Assembly: GCA_947652375.1 (NCBI GenBank)
Contig: CANTCS010000001.1
Span: 824-64,823 of the forward strand
Source of the DNA: an uncultured Mollicutes bacterium
GTDB lineage: Bacteria > Bacillota_I > Bacilli_A > RF39 > UBA660
Reading direction: 5' to 3'
Length of the DNA: 64,000 bases
Below, piece after piece: positions 51,520-61,958 of this stretch; position 1 is the stretch's first letter, and each line of letters begins with the position of its first letter. The notes beneath the pieces are model-generated. The model was not told the origin of the DNA and searched no databases. It was given only the letters and a program-made list of their open reading frames with translations. Made by a program: the position numbers and the translations under genes.

Positions 51520-54333
51520 CTAGAGCATTTTATTTAAAAATTGTCCTGTGTATGATTCCTTAACTTTTGCTACTTCTTCAGGTGTTCCTGTTGCAACAAT
51601 AGTTCCTCCACCATCTCCACCTTCTGGTCCTAAGTCAATGATATAATCAGCAACTTTTATTACATCAAGATTATGTTCAATCACTACTACAGTATCTTTA
51701 TTATCTACTATTTTTTGTAAAATTGCAAGTAAGTTTTTGATATCGTGAATATGTAATCCTGTTGTTGGTTCATCTAAAACAAATAATGATTTACCTGTAG
51801 CTTTACGTTGTAATTCTTTAGCTAATTTTACTCTTTCGGCTTCTCCTCCTGATAAAGTAGGAGCACTTTGTCCTAATTTAATATAACCTAATCCTACATC
51901 TTCAAGAACTTGTAATTTATGTTTTATTTTTGGAACATTTTCAAAAAACTCTAATGCTTCTTGAACGCGCATTTCTAATACTTCAGCAATATTTTTTCCT
52001 TTATATTCAATATTTAAAGTTTCTCTATTATAACGAGTACCATGACATACTTCACAAGGAACATATACATCAGGTAAAAAATGCATCTCTATTTTTTTAA
52101 CTCCATCTCCACGACAAGCTTCGCATCTTCCTCCTTTAACATTAAAAGAGAATCTGTTTTTTTCAAAACCTGCAATTTTTGCTTCTTTAGTAGTAGTAAA
52201 AAGTGTTCTAATATCATCAAATACACCTGTATATGTAGCTGGATTAGAGCGTGGTGTTCTTCCGATTGGATTTTGAGAAATTGCTACAATTTTATCAAGA
52301 TTTTCTATACCTAATAATTTCTTATGTTTACCTGGTCTATCTTTTGTTTTATATAACTCTTGTGAAATTTTCTTAACTAAAATTTGATTTATTAAAGAAC
52401 TTTTTCCACTTCCTGAAACTCCTGTTATACAAGTTAATGTTCCAAGGGGGATATCTACATCGATATTTTTTAAATTATTTTCTGTTGCGCCTTTTATCTT
52501 TAAATATTTTTTTATCCCTTTTCTTCTTTTTTTAGGAATCTCAATACTTTTTTTACCACTTAAATATTGTCCTGTTAAACTTTTTTCGTTGTTTATTACT
52601 TCTTGTGGAGTACCTTCCGCCATGACTTGTCCTCCAGCATCTCCAGCTCCTGGTCCTATATCTACTAAATAATCACAAGCTAACATTGTATCAGTATCAT
52701 GTTCTACAACTAATAGAGTATTTCCTAAATCGCGCATCTCTAACATTGAGTTAATTAATTTTTCATTATCTCTTTGATGAAGTCCGATACTAGGTTCGTC
52801 CAAGACATATAAAACTCCTGTTAAATGAGATCCTATTTGTGTTGCTAGACGAATACGCTGAGCTTCTCCTCCTGATAATGTTCCAGCACTTCTACTTAAT
52901 GTTAGATATTCTAATCCTACATTTTGTAAAAAAGATAAACGATCATCTATTTCTTTTAAAACTAATTTAGCAATTTCTTTTTTTTCAGCTGACAATTTTA
53001 AATTTCTAAAAAATGGGATTAAGTTTTTGATACTCATCTCTGTAACTTCATGAATATTTTTATTTCCTAATTTTACGGATAAAACGCTTTCTGTTAATCT
53101 TGCACCATGACAAACATCACAAGTATGCTCAACCATATATCTTTCAAGCCATTCTCTTATCCAAGCTGAACTTGTTTCAATATATCTTCTTTCTAAGTTG
53201 TTAATTATTCCTTCGTAATAATCTTTGTTATTATAACTATTTCCACTTTTTGATTTATATTTGAAGTCAATAATTTCATCAGATCCAAATAAAATTATTT
53301 TTTGATGTTCTTTTTTTAGTTTATTCCAAGCTTTGTCCATGTTTATTTTATAATGTTTACAAAGACATTCTAGTTTTTTATAATCAAGTCCTTCTGGATC
53401 ATCTGTCAATGTTTTTATACAACCTAGAGAAATGGATAATTCTTTGTTTGGAATTAATAAATCTTCATCTATTTGTAAATTCATACCTAAACCTTTACAT
53501 TCTGGACAAGCTCCATATGGAGCATTAAAACTAAATAATCTTGGTTCTAATTCTGGAAGAGAGAATTCACAATATGGACAAGCAAAAGATTCTGACATGA
53601 CTATTTCTTTTTTATTTTCACCCATTATTTCTATAACAACTTTACCTGATGATAATCTTGTAGCTGCTTCTAAGGCTTCAAATAATCTACTTCTTGAATC
53701 TTCTTTTAAAACTAATCTATCAATAATAACATCTATTTGATCTTTTTTATTTTTTTCTAAATTAATTTCTTCACTTAAATCATACATTTCACCATTAACA
53801 CGTACTCTTATGTATCCTTGTTTTCTAAGACTGTCTAAAATATCTTTATGTTCTCCTTTTTCACCATGAACTACTGGAGACATTATAACCATTTTTGTTC
53901 CTAAAGGATACTCTAATATTTTATTAGTCATTTCTTCGACACTTTGACTAGAAATTGGAATATTGTGATTAGGACAATATGGAATTCCTGCTCTTGAAAA
54001 AGCTAATCTTAAATAATCATAAATTTCAGTTACTGTTCCAACAGTAGAACGTGGATTATTATTTGTTGTTTTTTGATCAATACTTATTGCTGGAGATAAA
54101 CCTTCTATACTATCAACATCTGGTTTTTCTGAACCTCCTAAAAATTGTCTAGCATAAGCAGAAAGACTTTCTACATATCTTCTTTGACCCTCTGCATATA
54201 TTGTATCAAATGCTAATGAAGACTTTCCACTTCCTGATAAGCCTGTCATAACGATCATTTTATTTTTTGGTAGTTCAATATCTACATTTTTTAAATTATT
54301 TTCTCGTGCACCTTTTACTATTATTTTATCCAT
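51520..54333 (-). CDS. uvrA: Excinuclease ABC subunit A (start re-called at 54333)
   Basis: GARENNLKN, TGLSGSGKSSLAFDT, two LSGGE signatures, Zn fingers. Confidence 0.99.
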   Translation of the reverse strand: MDKIIVKGARENNLKNVDIELPKNKMIVMTGLSGSGKSSLAFDTIYAEGQRRYVESLSAYARQFLGGSEKPDVDSIEGLSPAISIDQKTTNNNPRSTVGTVTEIYDYLRLAFSRAGIPYCPNHNIPISSQSVEEMTNKILEYPLGTKMVIMSPVVHGEKGEHKDILDSLRKQGYIRVRVNGEMYDLSEEINLEKNKKDQIDVIIDRLVLKEDSRSRLFEALEAATRLSSGKVVIEIMGENKKEIVMSESFACPYCEFSLPELEPRLFSFNAPYGACPECKGLGMNLQIDEDLLIPNKELSISLGCIKTLTDDPEGLDYKKLECLCKHYKINMDKAWNKLKKEHQKIILFGSDEIIDFKYKSKSGNSYNNKDYYEGIINNLERRYIETSSAWIREWLERYMVEHTCDVCHGARLTESVLSVKLGNKNIHEVTEMSIKNLIPFFRNLKLSAEKKEIAKLVLKEIDDRLSFLQNVGLEYLTLSRSAGTLSGGEAQRIRLATQIGSHLTGVLYVLDEPSIGLHQRDNEKLINSMLEMRDLGNTLLVVEHDTDTMLACDYLVDIGPGAGDAGGQVMAEGTPQEVINNEKSLTGQYLSGKKSIEIPKKRRKGIKKYLKIKGATENNLKNIDVDIPLGTLTCITGVSGSGKSSLINQILVKKISQELYKTKDRPGKHKKLLGIENLDKIVAISQNPIGRTPRSNPATYTGVFDDIRTLFTTTKEAKIAGFEKNRFSFNVKGGRCEACRGDGVKKIEMHFLPDVYVPCEVCHGTRYNRETLNIEYKGKNIAEVLEMRVQEALEFFENVPKIKHKLQVLEDVGLGYIKLGQSAPTLSGGEAERVKLAKELQRKATGKSLFVLDEPTTGLHIHDIKNLLAILQKIVDNKDTVVVIEHNLDVIKVADYIIDLGPEGGDGGGTIVATGTPEEVAKVKESYTGQFLNKML

Positions 54334-54427
54334 ATAAATCACCTGTCCCATATTATAACACTTCTTATATATTTTGTCTTTAATAGTTTTAAATTTTTTT
54401 TAATATTTATGCATAATAAAAGCTCTA

Positions 54428-54802
54428 TTAATATTGATTTATAATAGAGTTTTTTTCTAAAATATTTTTATGAATAAATTTATTTTTAATTTTTCCTTGA
54501 TTTATTAATTTTTTTACTTTTTGATATACTTGTTCTTTATTTTGATGTGGATTTTTTTTCGGCTTTTTAAAAATATTGTAATAATCAGTTAGAGGAGTCA
54601 TAGTTTCTTCTTTAACTCTTTTATTGACATTATTTTGGTATGTAGAATATCTTTCATTATTTTCTAAATCGATATATCCTCCAATATCTTTTTTTAAGAT
54701 TCTACATGGTATTTCATGTACTTCTGACATAGTTATATGTCCAACTTGATAATAATCAACTATTTTTGCTACGTCTGCAACTACTAAATTTTTAATTTTC
54801 AT
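54428..54802 (-). CDS. Hypothetical protein
   Basis: ORF with SD AAGGA before ATG 54802; no recognisable motif. Confidence 0.55.
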   Translation of the reverse strand: MKIKNLVVADVAKIVDYYQVGHITMSEVHEIPCRILKKDIGGYIDLENNERYSTYQNNVNKRVKEETMTPLTDYYNIFKKPKKNPHQNKEQVYQKVKKLINQGKIKNKFIHKNILEKNSIINQY

Positions 54803-54914
54803 AACTCTACTTTCCTTCCATATAGTACATATTATAAAAAATAATATTGTTATTTTCAAATTAAACTTTATTTTTCCTTAATTATTTGGTTTTCTTTAAA
54901 TTATTTGATAATTA

Positions 54915-55745
54915 TTATACTATTTTTTTAAAAGTACAGGACTGGCATAAACTTTCAATTGGCTTTCTATCTTGAAATGATTTTTTTAAAGTTTGATATT
55001 TTTTATTATTTATTATAGTTTCCAAATCATTATGAAAAATATTTCCTAAAGCAATTATTCCATTTGCATCTAAACAACACGGTACAATAGTTCCATCTAC
55101 TAAAATGGCTATATGGGTTTTAAGAGCATAACAATATCCACAGGATTTGTGATTTGTTTCTTTTGGCCATTCAAATTGATTATCTTTATCCACATATATT
55201 GTGGAAGAAATTTTTATATTTTTTTCATTTTTTATTTTTTCCACTGTTTCTGTTGAAAGATGATAATAATTTTTTATTTTATCAACTATTTTTGTGGAAT
55301 TTGCATCTAATTCATTATTTTTTAAAGTCCACAATCGATATATTACTGTTGTTTTACTTGATAGATATTTAATATTTTCGAAAATAGACTCTAAATAATT
55401 ATCTATGTTATTTTCTGAATGTAGGGAAAAGTTAATTTTATTTAAAGCAGAACAATTTCCAAGTTCTTTAGCTAATTTATAAAATAATGTTCCATTTGTG
55501 GTTAAATTTACTTTTAAATTATATTTATTAGCTATTTTTATAAATTCAATTATATTTGGATGTAAGAGTGGTTCCCCTTTTACATGAAGATATATATAAT
55601 TAGTATAATTCTTTATTTTTTTTAAAATATTTTCAAACTCATTTATAGTCATAAATCTTTTTGGTCGTGTAACTTTACTGCAAAAGCTACAATTAAGATT
55701 ACAATTATTTGTTATTTCTATATAAATTTTTCTAAATTTAGTCAT
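54915..55745 (-). CDS. Radical SAM / SPASM-twitch domain protein
   Basis: CNLNCSFC, GEPLLH, TTNG, C-terminal C...DG.IVPCC..LGNI..CQSC. Confidence 0.92.
   Translation of the reverse strand: MTKFRKIYIEITNNCNLNCSFCSKVTRPKRFMTINEFENILKKIKNYTNYIYLHVKGEPLLHPNIIEFIKIANKYNLKVNLTTNGTLFYKLAKELGNCSALNKINFSLHSENNIDNYLESIFENIKYLSSKTTVIYRLWTLKNNELDANSTKIVDKIKNYYHLSTETVEKIKNEKNIKISSTIYVDKDNQFEWPKETNHKSCGYCYALKTHIAILVDGTIVPCCLDANGIIALGNIFHNDLETIINNKKYQTLKKSFQDRKPIESLCQSCTFKKIV
55186..55301. promoter_or_regulatory. Cluster of three inverted DnaA-box-like pairs inside the radical SAM gene
   Basis: TTATCCACA-5-TGTGGAAGA; TTTTCCACT-5-TGTTGAAAG; TTATCAACT-5-TGTGGAATT. Confidence 0.5.
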
Positions 55746-55915
55746 TTTATTTATTCTTCTCCTTTTAGTTGTTTAATTTTATTATGAATTAAAACATTTA
55801 ATTGTAACTGATTTAATTTTATTAGTATTTGAAAATTTTTCTAAATTTAAAGAAATATTATTTTTTTAGAAATAAATAAGTTAAGTAATATTTTATCTAA
55901 ATTTAATTGTTAGAT

Positions 55916-57868
55916 TTATTTTGCTTTTATTTCAAACAATATATCACGTAACTCCATAGCTCTTTCAAAGTCTAAACTTTTAGCAGCTTCACGCATTTCT
56001 TGTTCTATTTTTTCTATTGTTAAAGCTAGTTCTTTTTTACTCATTTTCTTTTGCTTTTTAGAATCATCAACTTCAGCAGTATTTGTAATAACATCTCTGA
56101 TTTCTTTTTTGATTGTTTTTGGTGTTATTCCATGTTCTTTATTATATTTTTCTTGAATAGAGCGACGACGTGCAGTTTCAGTGATAGCTGTTTGCATTGA
56201 ATCTGTTATTTTATCTCCATACATTATGACATGACCATTCGCATTTCTTGCACAACGTCCAATAGTTTGAATTAAACTTCTATTACTTCTTAAAAATCCT
56301 TCTTTATCGGCATCTAATATTGCGATTAAAGATACCTCGGGAATATCTAGTCCTTCTCTTAAAAGATTAATTCCTACTAAAACATCATATTTTTTAGCAC
56401 GAACATCATGAATTATTTGCATTCTTTCTAATGTTTTAACTTCACTATGTAAATAAGCTACTTTTATATCTAATTCTTTTAAATAATTTGTTAACTCCTC
56501 AGCCATTCGAATAGTTAATGTTGTTATTAAAACACGTTCATCTTTTGCAATACGTTCATTAATTTCTCCTACTAAATCATCAATTTGACCTTCTGTTTTT
56601 CTTACTTCAATTGTTGGGTCAAGAAGACCAGTTGGTCTAATTATTTGTTCAATATACTCATTATTAGTGTGTTCAAGTTCTAAGTCTCCAGGTGTTGCTG
56701 ATACATAAATAGCTTGATTTATTTTTTTCTCAAATTCATCATATTTTAATGGACGGTTATCTAAGGCACTAGGTAGTCTAAAACCATAGTCAACTAAATT
56801 CATTTTTCTTGCTCTATCTCCATTATACATTCCTCTTACTTGGGGAAGAGTAACATGAGATTCATCTACTACTAATAAATAGTCATCGGGAAAGAAATCC
56901 ATTAAAGTTGTTGGGGTTTCTCCTGGATCTCTTCCAGCCATAGGTGCTGAATAATTCTCTACTCCAGAACAAAAACCAGTTTCTTCAAGCATTTCTAAAT
57001 CATAATTTGTTCTTTGTTCTAATCGTTCTGCTGCTAGTAATTTATTATTTTCTTTTAATTCTTTTAGACGGTCGGCAAGTTCTTTTCTTATTCTTCCTAA
57101 TGCAGCATGAAGTTTATCATCACTTACAACGAAATGACTTGCAGGAAAGATACTAATATTTTTTAAATTTGTTGTAACTACTCCAGTTAAAGTGTCTATT
57201 TCTGAAATTCTATCGATTTCTTCTCCAAAGAATTCTATTCGATAACCTGTAGTTTTTTGATTAGCAGGAATTATTTCTAAAACATCTCCTCTAACACGAA
57301 ATGTTCCACGTTTGAAATCTAGATCATTTCTTTCATAAAGCATTTCTATTAGTTTTGTTAAAACTTGATTCCTTTCTATTTCCTCTCCTACTGATAAAGT
57401 AAGCATTTTATTTTTATATTCTTCTACTTCTCCAATACCGTAAATACAAGATACTGAAGCTACAACAATAACATCTCTTCTACTCATTAATGCTGATGTT
57501 GCAGCATGGCGAAGTTCATCTATTTCTTCATTTATAGAGGAGTCTTTTTCAATATAAGTGTCACTTGAGGGAACATAAGCTTCTGGTTGATAATAATCAT
57601 AGTAAGATACAAAATACTCTACACGATTTTCTGGAAAAATTTCTTTAAGTTCAGAATATAATTGTCCAGCTAATGTCTTATTATGAGCAAGAACTAATGT
57701 TGGCTTATTTGTTTTTTCAATTACATTTGCAATTGTAAAAGTTTTTCCTGTTCCTGTTGCCCCTAATAAAACTTGCTCTTTTTTACCATCTTCTATTCCT
57801 TGTACTAATTTTTCTATTGCTTGTGGTTGATCACCACTAGGTTTAAATTTTGATACTATTTTAAACAT
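55916..57868 (-). CDS. uvrB: Excinuclease ABC subunit B (start re-called at 57868)
   Basis: [28 protein letters not shown]-terminal UVR (LDFERA.ELRD). Confidence 0.99.
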   Translation of the reverse strand: MFKIVSKFKPSGDQPQAIEKLVQGIEDGKKEQVLLGATGTGKTFTIANVIEKTNKPTLVLAHNKTLAGQLYSELKEIFPENRVEYFVSYYDYYQPEAYVPSSDTYIEKDSSINEEIDELRHAATSALMSRRDVIVVASVSCIYGIGEVEEYKNKMLTLSVGEEIERNQVLTKLIEMLYERNDLDFKRGTFRVRGDVLEIIPANQKTTGYRIEFFGEEIDRISEIDTLTGVVTTNLKNISIFPASHFVVSDDKLHAALGRIRKELADRLKELKENNKLLAAERLEQRTNYDLEMLEETGFCSGVENYSAPMAGRDPGETPTTLMDFFPDDYLLVVDESHVTLPQVRGMYNGDRARKMNLVDYGFRLPSALDNRPLKYDEFEKKINQAIYVSATPGDLELEHTNNEYIEQIIRPTGLLDPTIEVRKTEGQIDDLVGEINERIAKDERVLITTLTIRMAEELTNYLKELDIKVAYLHSEVKTLERMQIIHDVRAKKYDVLVGINLLREGLDIPEVSLIAILDADKEGFLRSNRSLIQTIGRCARNANGHVIMYGDKITDSMQTAITETARRRSIQEKYNKEHGITPKTIKKEIRDVITNTAEVDDSKKQKKMSKKELALTIEKIEQEMREAAKSLDFERAMELRDILFEIKAK

Positions 57869-58116
57869 AATGTCCTCCATTCATTACTATTTTGTTTATT
57901 ATTAACTAAATTATTCATTTAGATATTTATCCCAAAATAATAATTTTAGTTGGTTAAAATATGACTTTTTTGGGTTGTAAAACGTTTCCTTTTGTGAACT
58001 AAAAATACTAAACATGACTAAATATAAAATTACTTCATATTTTACCTTAAAATTTAAGAAAAGTCTACATGAAAATGAATGAATAAATCTCCATTCTAAA
58101 TAATTAAAATCATATA

Positions 58117-58442
58117 TTATGACTTTCTAATTTTTAAAAAATTAGCTATATCTTTATCAAAAATGATAGATAGTTTAACCAAATTACATAGAGTTATATT
58201 TTTATTTATATCATTTTCATTTTCTAATCTTTTAAAATGAGTTTTACTTAAATTTAGATAAGCTGCAACATTTTCAATACTATAAGGATTCTCATATCTT
58301 TCAGCACTCTTATTATATTCTTTATATTTATCATATAATTCTAATCTAAACTTCTTAAATTTTTACAAATTATTTTTCTTGTTTCATTAAATTTTAATTC
58401 TTCTAAAGATTCATAAATTTGATAGATCTGCTTTATTTGCAT
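58117..58442 (-). pseudogene. Frameshifted XRE-family HTH regulator (not in ORF track)
   Basis: SD AGGTGA, ATG 58442 MQIKQIYQ...ICKNL; 1-nt loss near 58353; then KFRLE...PYSIENVAAYLNLSKTHFKRLEN...NITLCNLVKLSIIFDKDIANFL, TAA at 58117-19. Confidence 0.75.
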
Positions 58443-59011
58443 TAATATCACCTATTGATATTATCGCATTAATTATCACTAAATTGAAATTATTTTTAAT
58501 GCTAATCAAAATAAATTGTTATATTAATTCTATTTTTCAGTAATATTATTTTTTTATAGATATTGCTTACTTTTTAAAATTTCCTTTTATAAACGTATAC
58601 CTGATTTATCATCTAAGTTTTTTTCTTTAATATTTTAGATAATTATATTCCAATTTTAATAGTTTTCTTGATTTAAATCAATATCTGTTACATTTTTTGC
58701 AAATTTTAAATTAATTTCGTTTTATTACCAACTCCTAACTTAGATATTTTTTCATTAAAATTGATTTTGCTAGTTTTTCAATTATTTTTTTGTTGGTTAT
58801 CTTCGCCATTTGGACAAATATTTATTCTCGTCTAAATTATCTAAAATAAATTTATTCAATTGATTAAATTTTTCAAGTATTATATTAAATATAAAATGTT
58901 TATTTCTTATTATAAAAAATATCAATATTATAAAAGTATATTTTTTTAAATTATCTTTGTAAAAACTTATAAAATATGATAAAATAAATATTTAATTTTG
59001 GAGGGGTTATT

Positions 59012-59956
59012 ATTACTACTATAGAATTAAAATTAAATATTATTTTTGATTTACTTTTTTCAAATAAAATAAGAATTAATGAAAAAATAGATTATAAAAA
59101 ATTTAGAGAGTTATATGTTGGTTATGAGTTTCTTCCTGAACCTTATTTTGCTAGAATTTTAGGAATTAAATTTGGTTCTTTAATGAAATTGAAATCAGGT
59201 TTTCGTAATATAACAATTTTAAGAGATTTTAATTGTCTTATTTTAAAAAAATACATTCTTGAAGAATTATATAGAAAAAATCTTGTTAAAGATAATTTAA
59301 AAATTACCTATTTACAATTTTTAAATATATTAAAATACTTTCCTTTTTTAACTGAAAATAATTTGGCTGAAATTTTAGAAATTAAAATTTCTAGATTTTG
59401 TAATTTTAAAAATTCTAAAAATTCTGAAGAAACAGTAACCATATTAAAAAAGTTTGATATTTCTTCTGATGAAGAAAAAATTATTCAGAGGTTAATAAAT
59501 GATAAAATTATTTATCCTGGTTTAGAAATTAATTATGATAATTTTAAAAAAATTCATAGTTTATATCCAAACATAAAAGAAATTCGATTGGCTTATATTT
59601 TAGAAATTAAAACTGTCCCTTATTATAATTTGAAAAATGGCAAAACTAAACCAACTATTTTAAAAAGTAGAATTCCTTCGTTTGTTGAAGAACAAAAATA
59701 TGGTATTATTAACAAGTTAATTAAAGAGCGTGGTGCAAAATTAAAAGAAATAATTAATTATGAACGTTTTTTAGAATTATATACAGGCTTTGAATATATT
59801 TATAAAGTTGATTTTGCTGTAAATATTTTAGGCATTAGTTATAATTCTTATAAAGATCTTAAGAAAAAAAACGCAATTATTTTAAAAGAAAGATACTGTT
59901 TGTCTGATAAGGATAGAATTGCAATTTTAATGACATTATTATGCGTTTTAATTTAA
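59012..59956 (+). CDS. Tandem HTH-repeat protein, N-terminal part (four repeats); probably one gene with 59941-60861
   Basis: Frame open upstream of ATG 59183 back to SD GGAGGGG (59000-06) followed by ATT 59012. Repeat I.Y..F..LY..Y....E..FA.ILGI......K.....IL occurs four times. Confidence 0.65.
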   Translation: MTTIELKLNIIFDLLFSNKIRINEKIDYKKFRELYVGYEFLPEPYFARILGIKFGSLMKLKSGFRNITILRDFNCLILKKYILEELYRKNLVKDNLKITYLQFLNILKYFPFLTENNLAEILEIKISRFCNFKNSKNSEETVTILKKFDISSDEEKIIQRLINDKIIYPGLEINYDNFKKIHSLYPNIKEIRLAYILEIKTVPYYNLKNGKTKPTILKSRIPSFVEEQKYGIINKLIKERGAKLKEIINYERFLELYTGFEYIYKVDFAVNILGISYNSYKDLKKKNAIILKERYCLSDKDRIAILMTLLCVLI

Positions 59957-60861
59957 AAGAAGGTTCTTTTATTAATTACGAAATTTTTTCTTTAATTTTG
60001 AATTATTATAAAGATTCTCTTACTGAAAGTAATATTTGTAGTATTTTAGGTATTGATGAATGCAGATTTCACAATATAAAATATAATGATGGTAAAACTA
60101 AAATTTTCAATGGAGTTACAAAGGATAAAATAATGTTTATGAAAAAGAATTTTTTAGAAACAAGATTTTATTCAAAAAAAGAAATTGTTAAAAGCTTAGA
60201 TGAATATGAAGTTTCTATTGATGACTTTATTATTCATATAGTAAATAATTCTACTTTTACCAAAACAGATGATTATCTTTCAGCTCTTCAGAAAAATAAT
60301 GGATTATTTATAGGTAAAAATCCTGTTACTGTTGATGAAGATTTCTTTATTAAGCATTATGATAATCTTTTTAATATCTCAAAATATATTATATTTTCTA
60401 TTATTAATTTATGTTATATTGAAAATGAAGCTGAAACTATACAAGATATTTTAATATATATTTATCAAAAATGTGGAGACCTTTATTATAATTTTGGTGA
60501 TTCTCGGACTTTTTTTACTAAAGTTATAGGTCGTGCTAGAAAGTATATTTATGGACGTTTAGTCGATGAATCGCGTTATAAAAATGGAGCTAAAGTTCTT
60601 CTTTTAAGTCATTTGGATTACAGTATTCCGCTTGAAAATAGAAGTTGCTTTAAAGATCAGAATGTAAATATTGAAGAAGAAGTTATAAATTCATTGGAAC
60701 AAAATGAAGATTTAATTTATGAAAAAATGCTTACTTTAATACAAAATAATAGGACTATTGATGAGTGTTTTCAAATAATGGAACAATCATATAGAATAAA
60801 AGAAAATTCTGCATATCAAAAAGTAAAAGAAAAAATTATCAATTTTAATAAAATTGATTAA
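59941..60861 (+). CDS. C-terminal part: fifth HTH-like repeat plus sigma-factor-like region
   Basis: FINYEIF....YY...LTE..I..ILGI repeat; ETIQDILIYIY....YYNF...FFT....RARKYI resembles sigma region 2; C-terminal helical HTH-like tail. Confidence 0.55.
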   Translation: MRFNLKEGSFINYEIFSLILNYYKDSLTESNICSILGIDECRFHNIKYNDGKTKIFNGVTKDKIMFMKKNFLETRFYSKKEIVKSLDEYEVSIDDFIIHIVNNSTFTKTDDYLSALQKNNGLFIGKNPVTVDEDFFIKHYDNLFNISKYIIFSIINLCYIENEAETIQDILIYIYQKCGDLYYNFGDSRTFFTKVIGRARKYIYGRLVDESRYKNGAKVLLLSHLDYSIPLENRSCFKDQNVNIEEEVINSLEQNEDLIYEKMLTLIQNNRTIDECFQIMEQSYRIKENSAYQKVKEKIINFNKID

Positions 60862-61377
60862 AATTTTGTTTATTTAAGTGAAATGGTTTAGAGTAGATTA
60901 ATGCTCTTAATTTTTTCAGTAAATTCTAGTAAGATTAAATTTAAAAACATAATAGAATTTTGATATTTAGCTATATAAAAAATAATTTTCTTAGTAAGTT
61001 TTTATATATTATAATTTCAGCTACAAACTATTTAACTATTTTATAAAATTAAATTATTTTTATTTTTAACGTGAACTCATTGGTATATAACTATAATATA
61101 AATGATATTTTCCTTAGAATAGTATATTATTCATTAGTATTTACATTATAAATTAGAAAATAATGTTTTGAAGTTGACTTGGAAACTTTATTTTAATCTG
61201 ACCTTTTGTTCAATATTAATTCTAGTAATAGTAAAGTCTGTTTTTATCATTATAAAGAAGTGTTATAAGTTGCTTGAATTGAAACTTTTTTAGAGATATT
61301 ACATTTTCAATGCCTCTTTATAATTATAAATTTACTTATTTTGTTATTGCTGACAATAAAAATGTTAAAAGAAAAAC

Positions 61378-61677
61378 CTACTTTTTATTGACAACTTTAT
61401 ATGTTACAGTTTTATCTTTTTTCTTATTTCTAACTCTTATATCACTTTGGATTCTTTCTACATCCGAAAAACTATATTGTTCTCCAGTTACTTCATCTAA
61501 AAATATAATTCGTATATTACAAACATCTGCAATATCTTTAATTCTTTCTAAAGAAACAGAACTATAATCTTGTTCGTAGTGAGAAATAGTAGATTCAGAA
61601 GTATTTATTAATTTAGCTAAATCTGATTGCTTTAAATTTCTTTTTATACGAATAAATTTAATAATTTTACCTACCAT
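61378..61677 (-). CDS. XRE-family HTH transcriptional regulator
   Basis: IKFIRIKRNLKQSDLAKLINTSESTISHYEQD..SVSLE.I..IA. Confidence 0.9.
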   Translation of the reverse strand: MVGKIIKFIRIKRNLKQSDLAKLINTSESTISHYEQDYSSVSLERIKDIADVCNIRIIFLDEVTGEQYSFSDVERIQSDIRVRNKKKDKTVTYKVVNKK

Positions 61678-61958
61678 AAATTCACTTCCTATAATTATAT
61701 TTTTTCAAATATAGGAATTTTATTCTATTAAATGTCAAAATATGATAGTAATATGTTATAATATTTTTTATTATTTAATTTGTAATTAAGAAACTTATAT
61801 TTAAATTGGAAATAAAATTAGATATAAATTATAGTTTTTGGTATTTTTAATTATAAAAACATTAAATAATTTAATTCATTTATCTAAATTTTTTATTATT
61901 TAACTATATTTTTTATTAGATAGTATTTATAATACAATTAGAAAAGAGGTGTCAGATT

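Noticed and set aside
58460-58760. Possible further decayed ORF after an AGGAG on the minus strand near 58735
   Set aside because: No start codon, multiple stops and no recognisable motif; cannot be supported.
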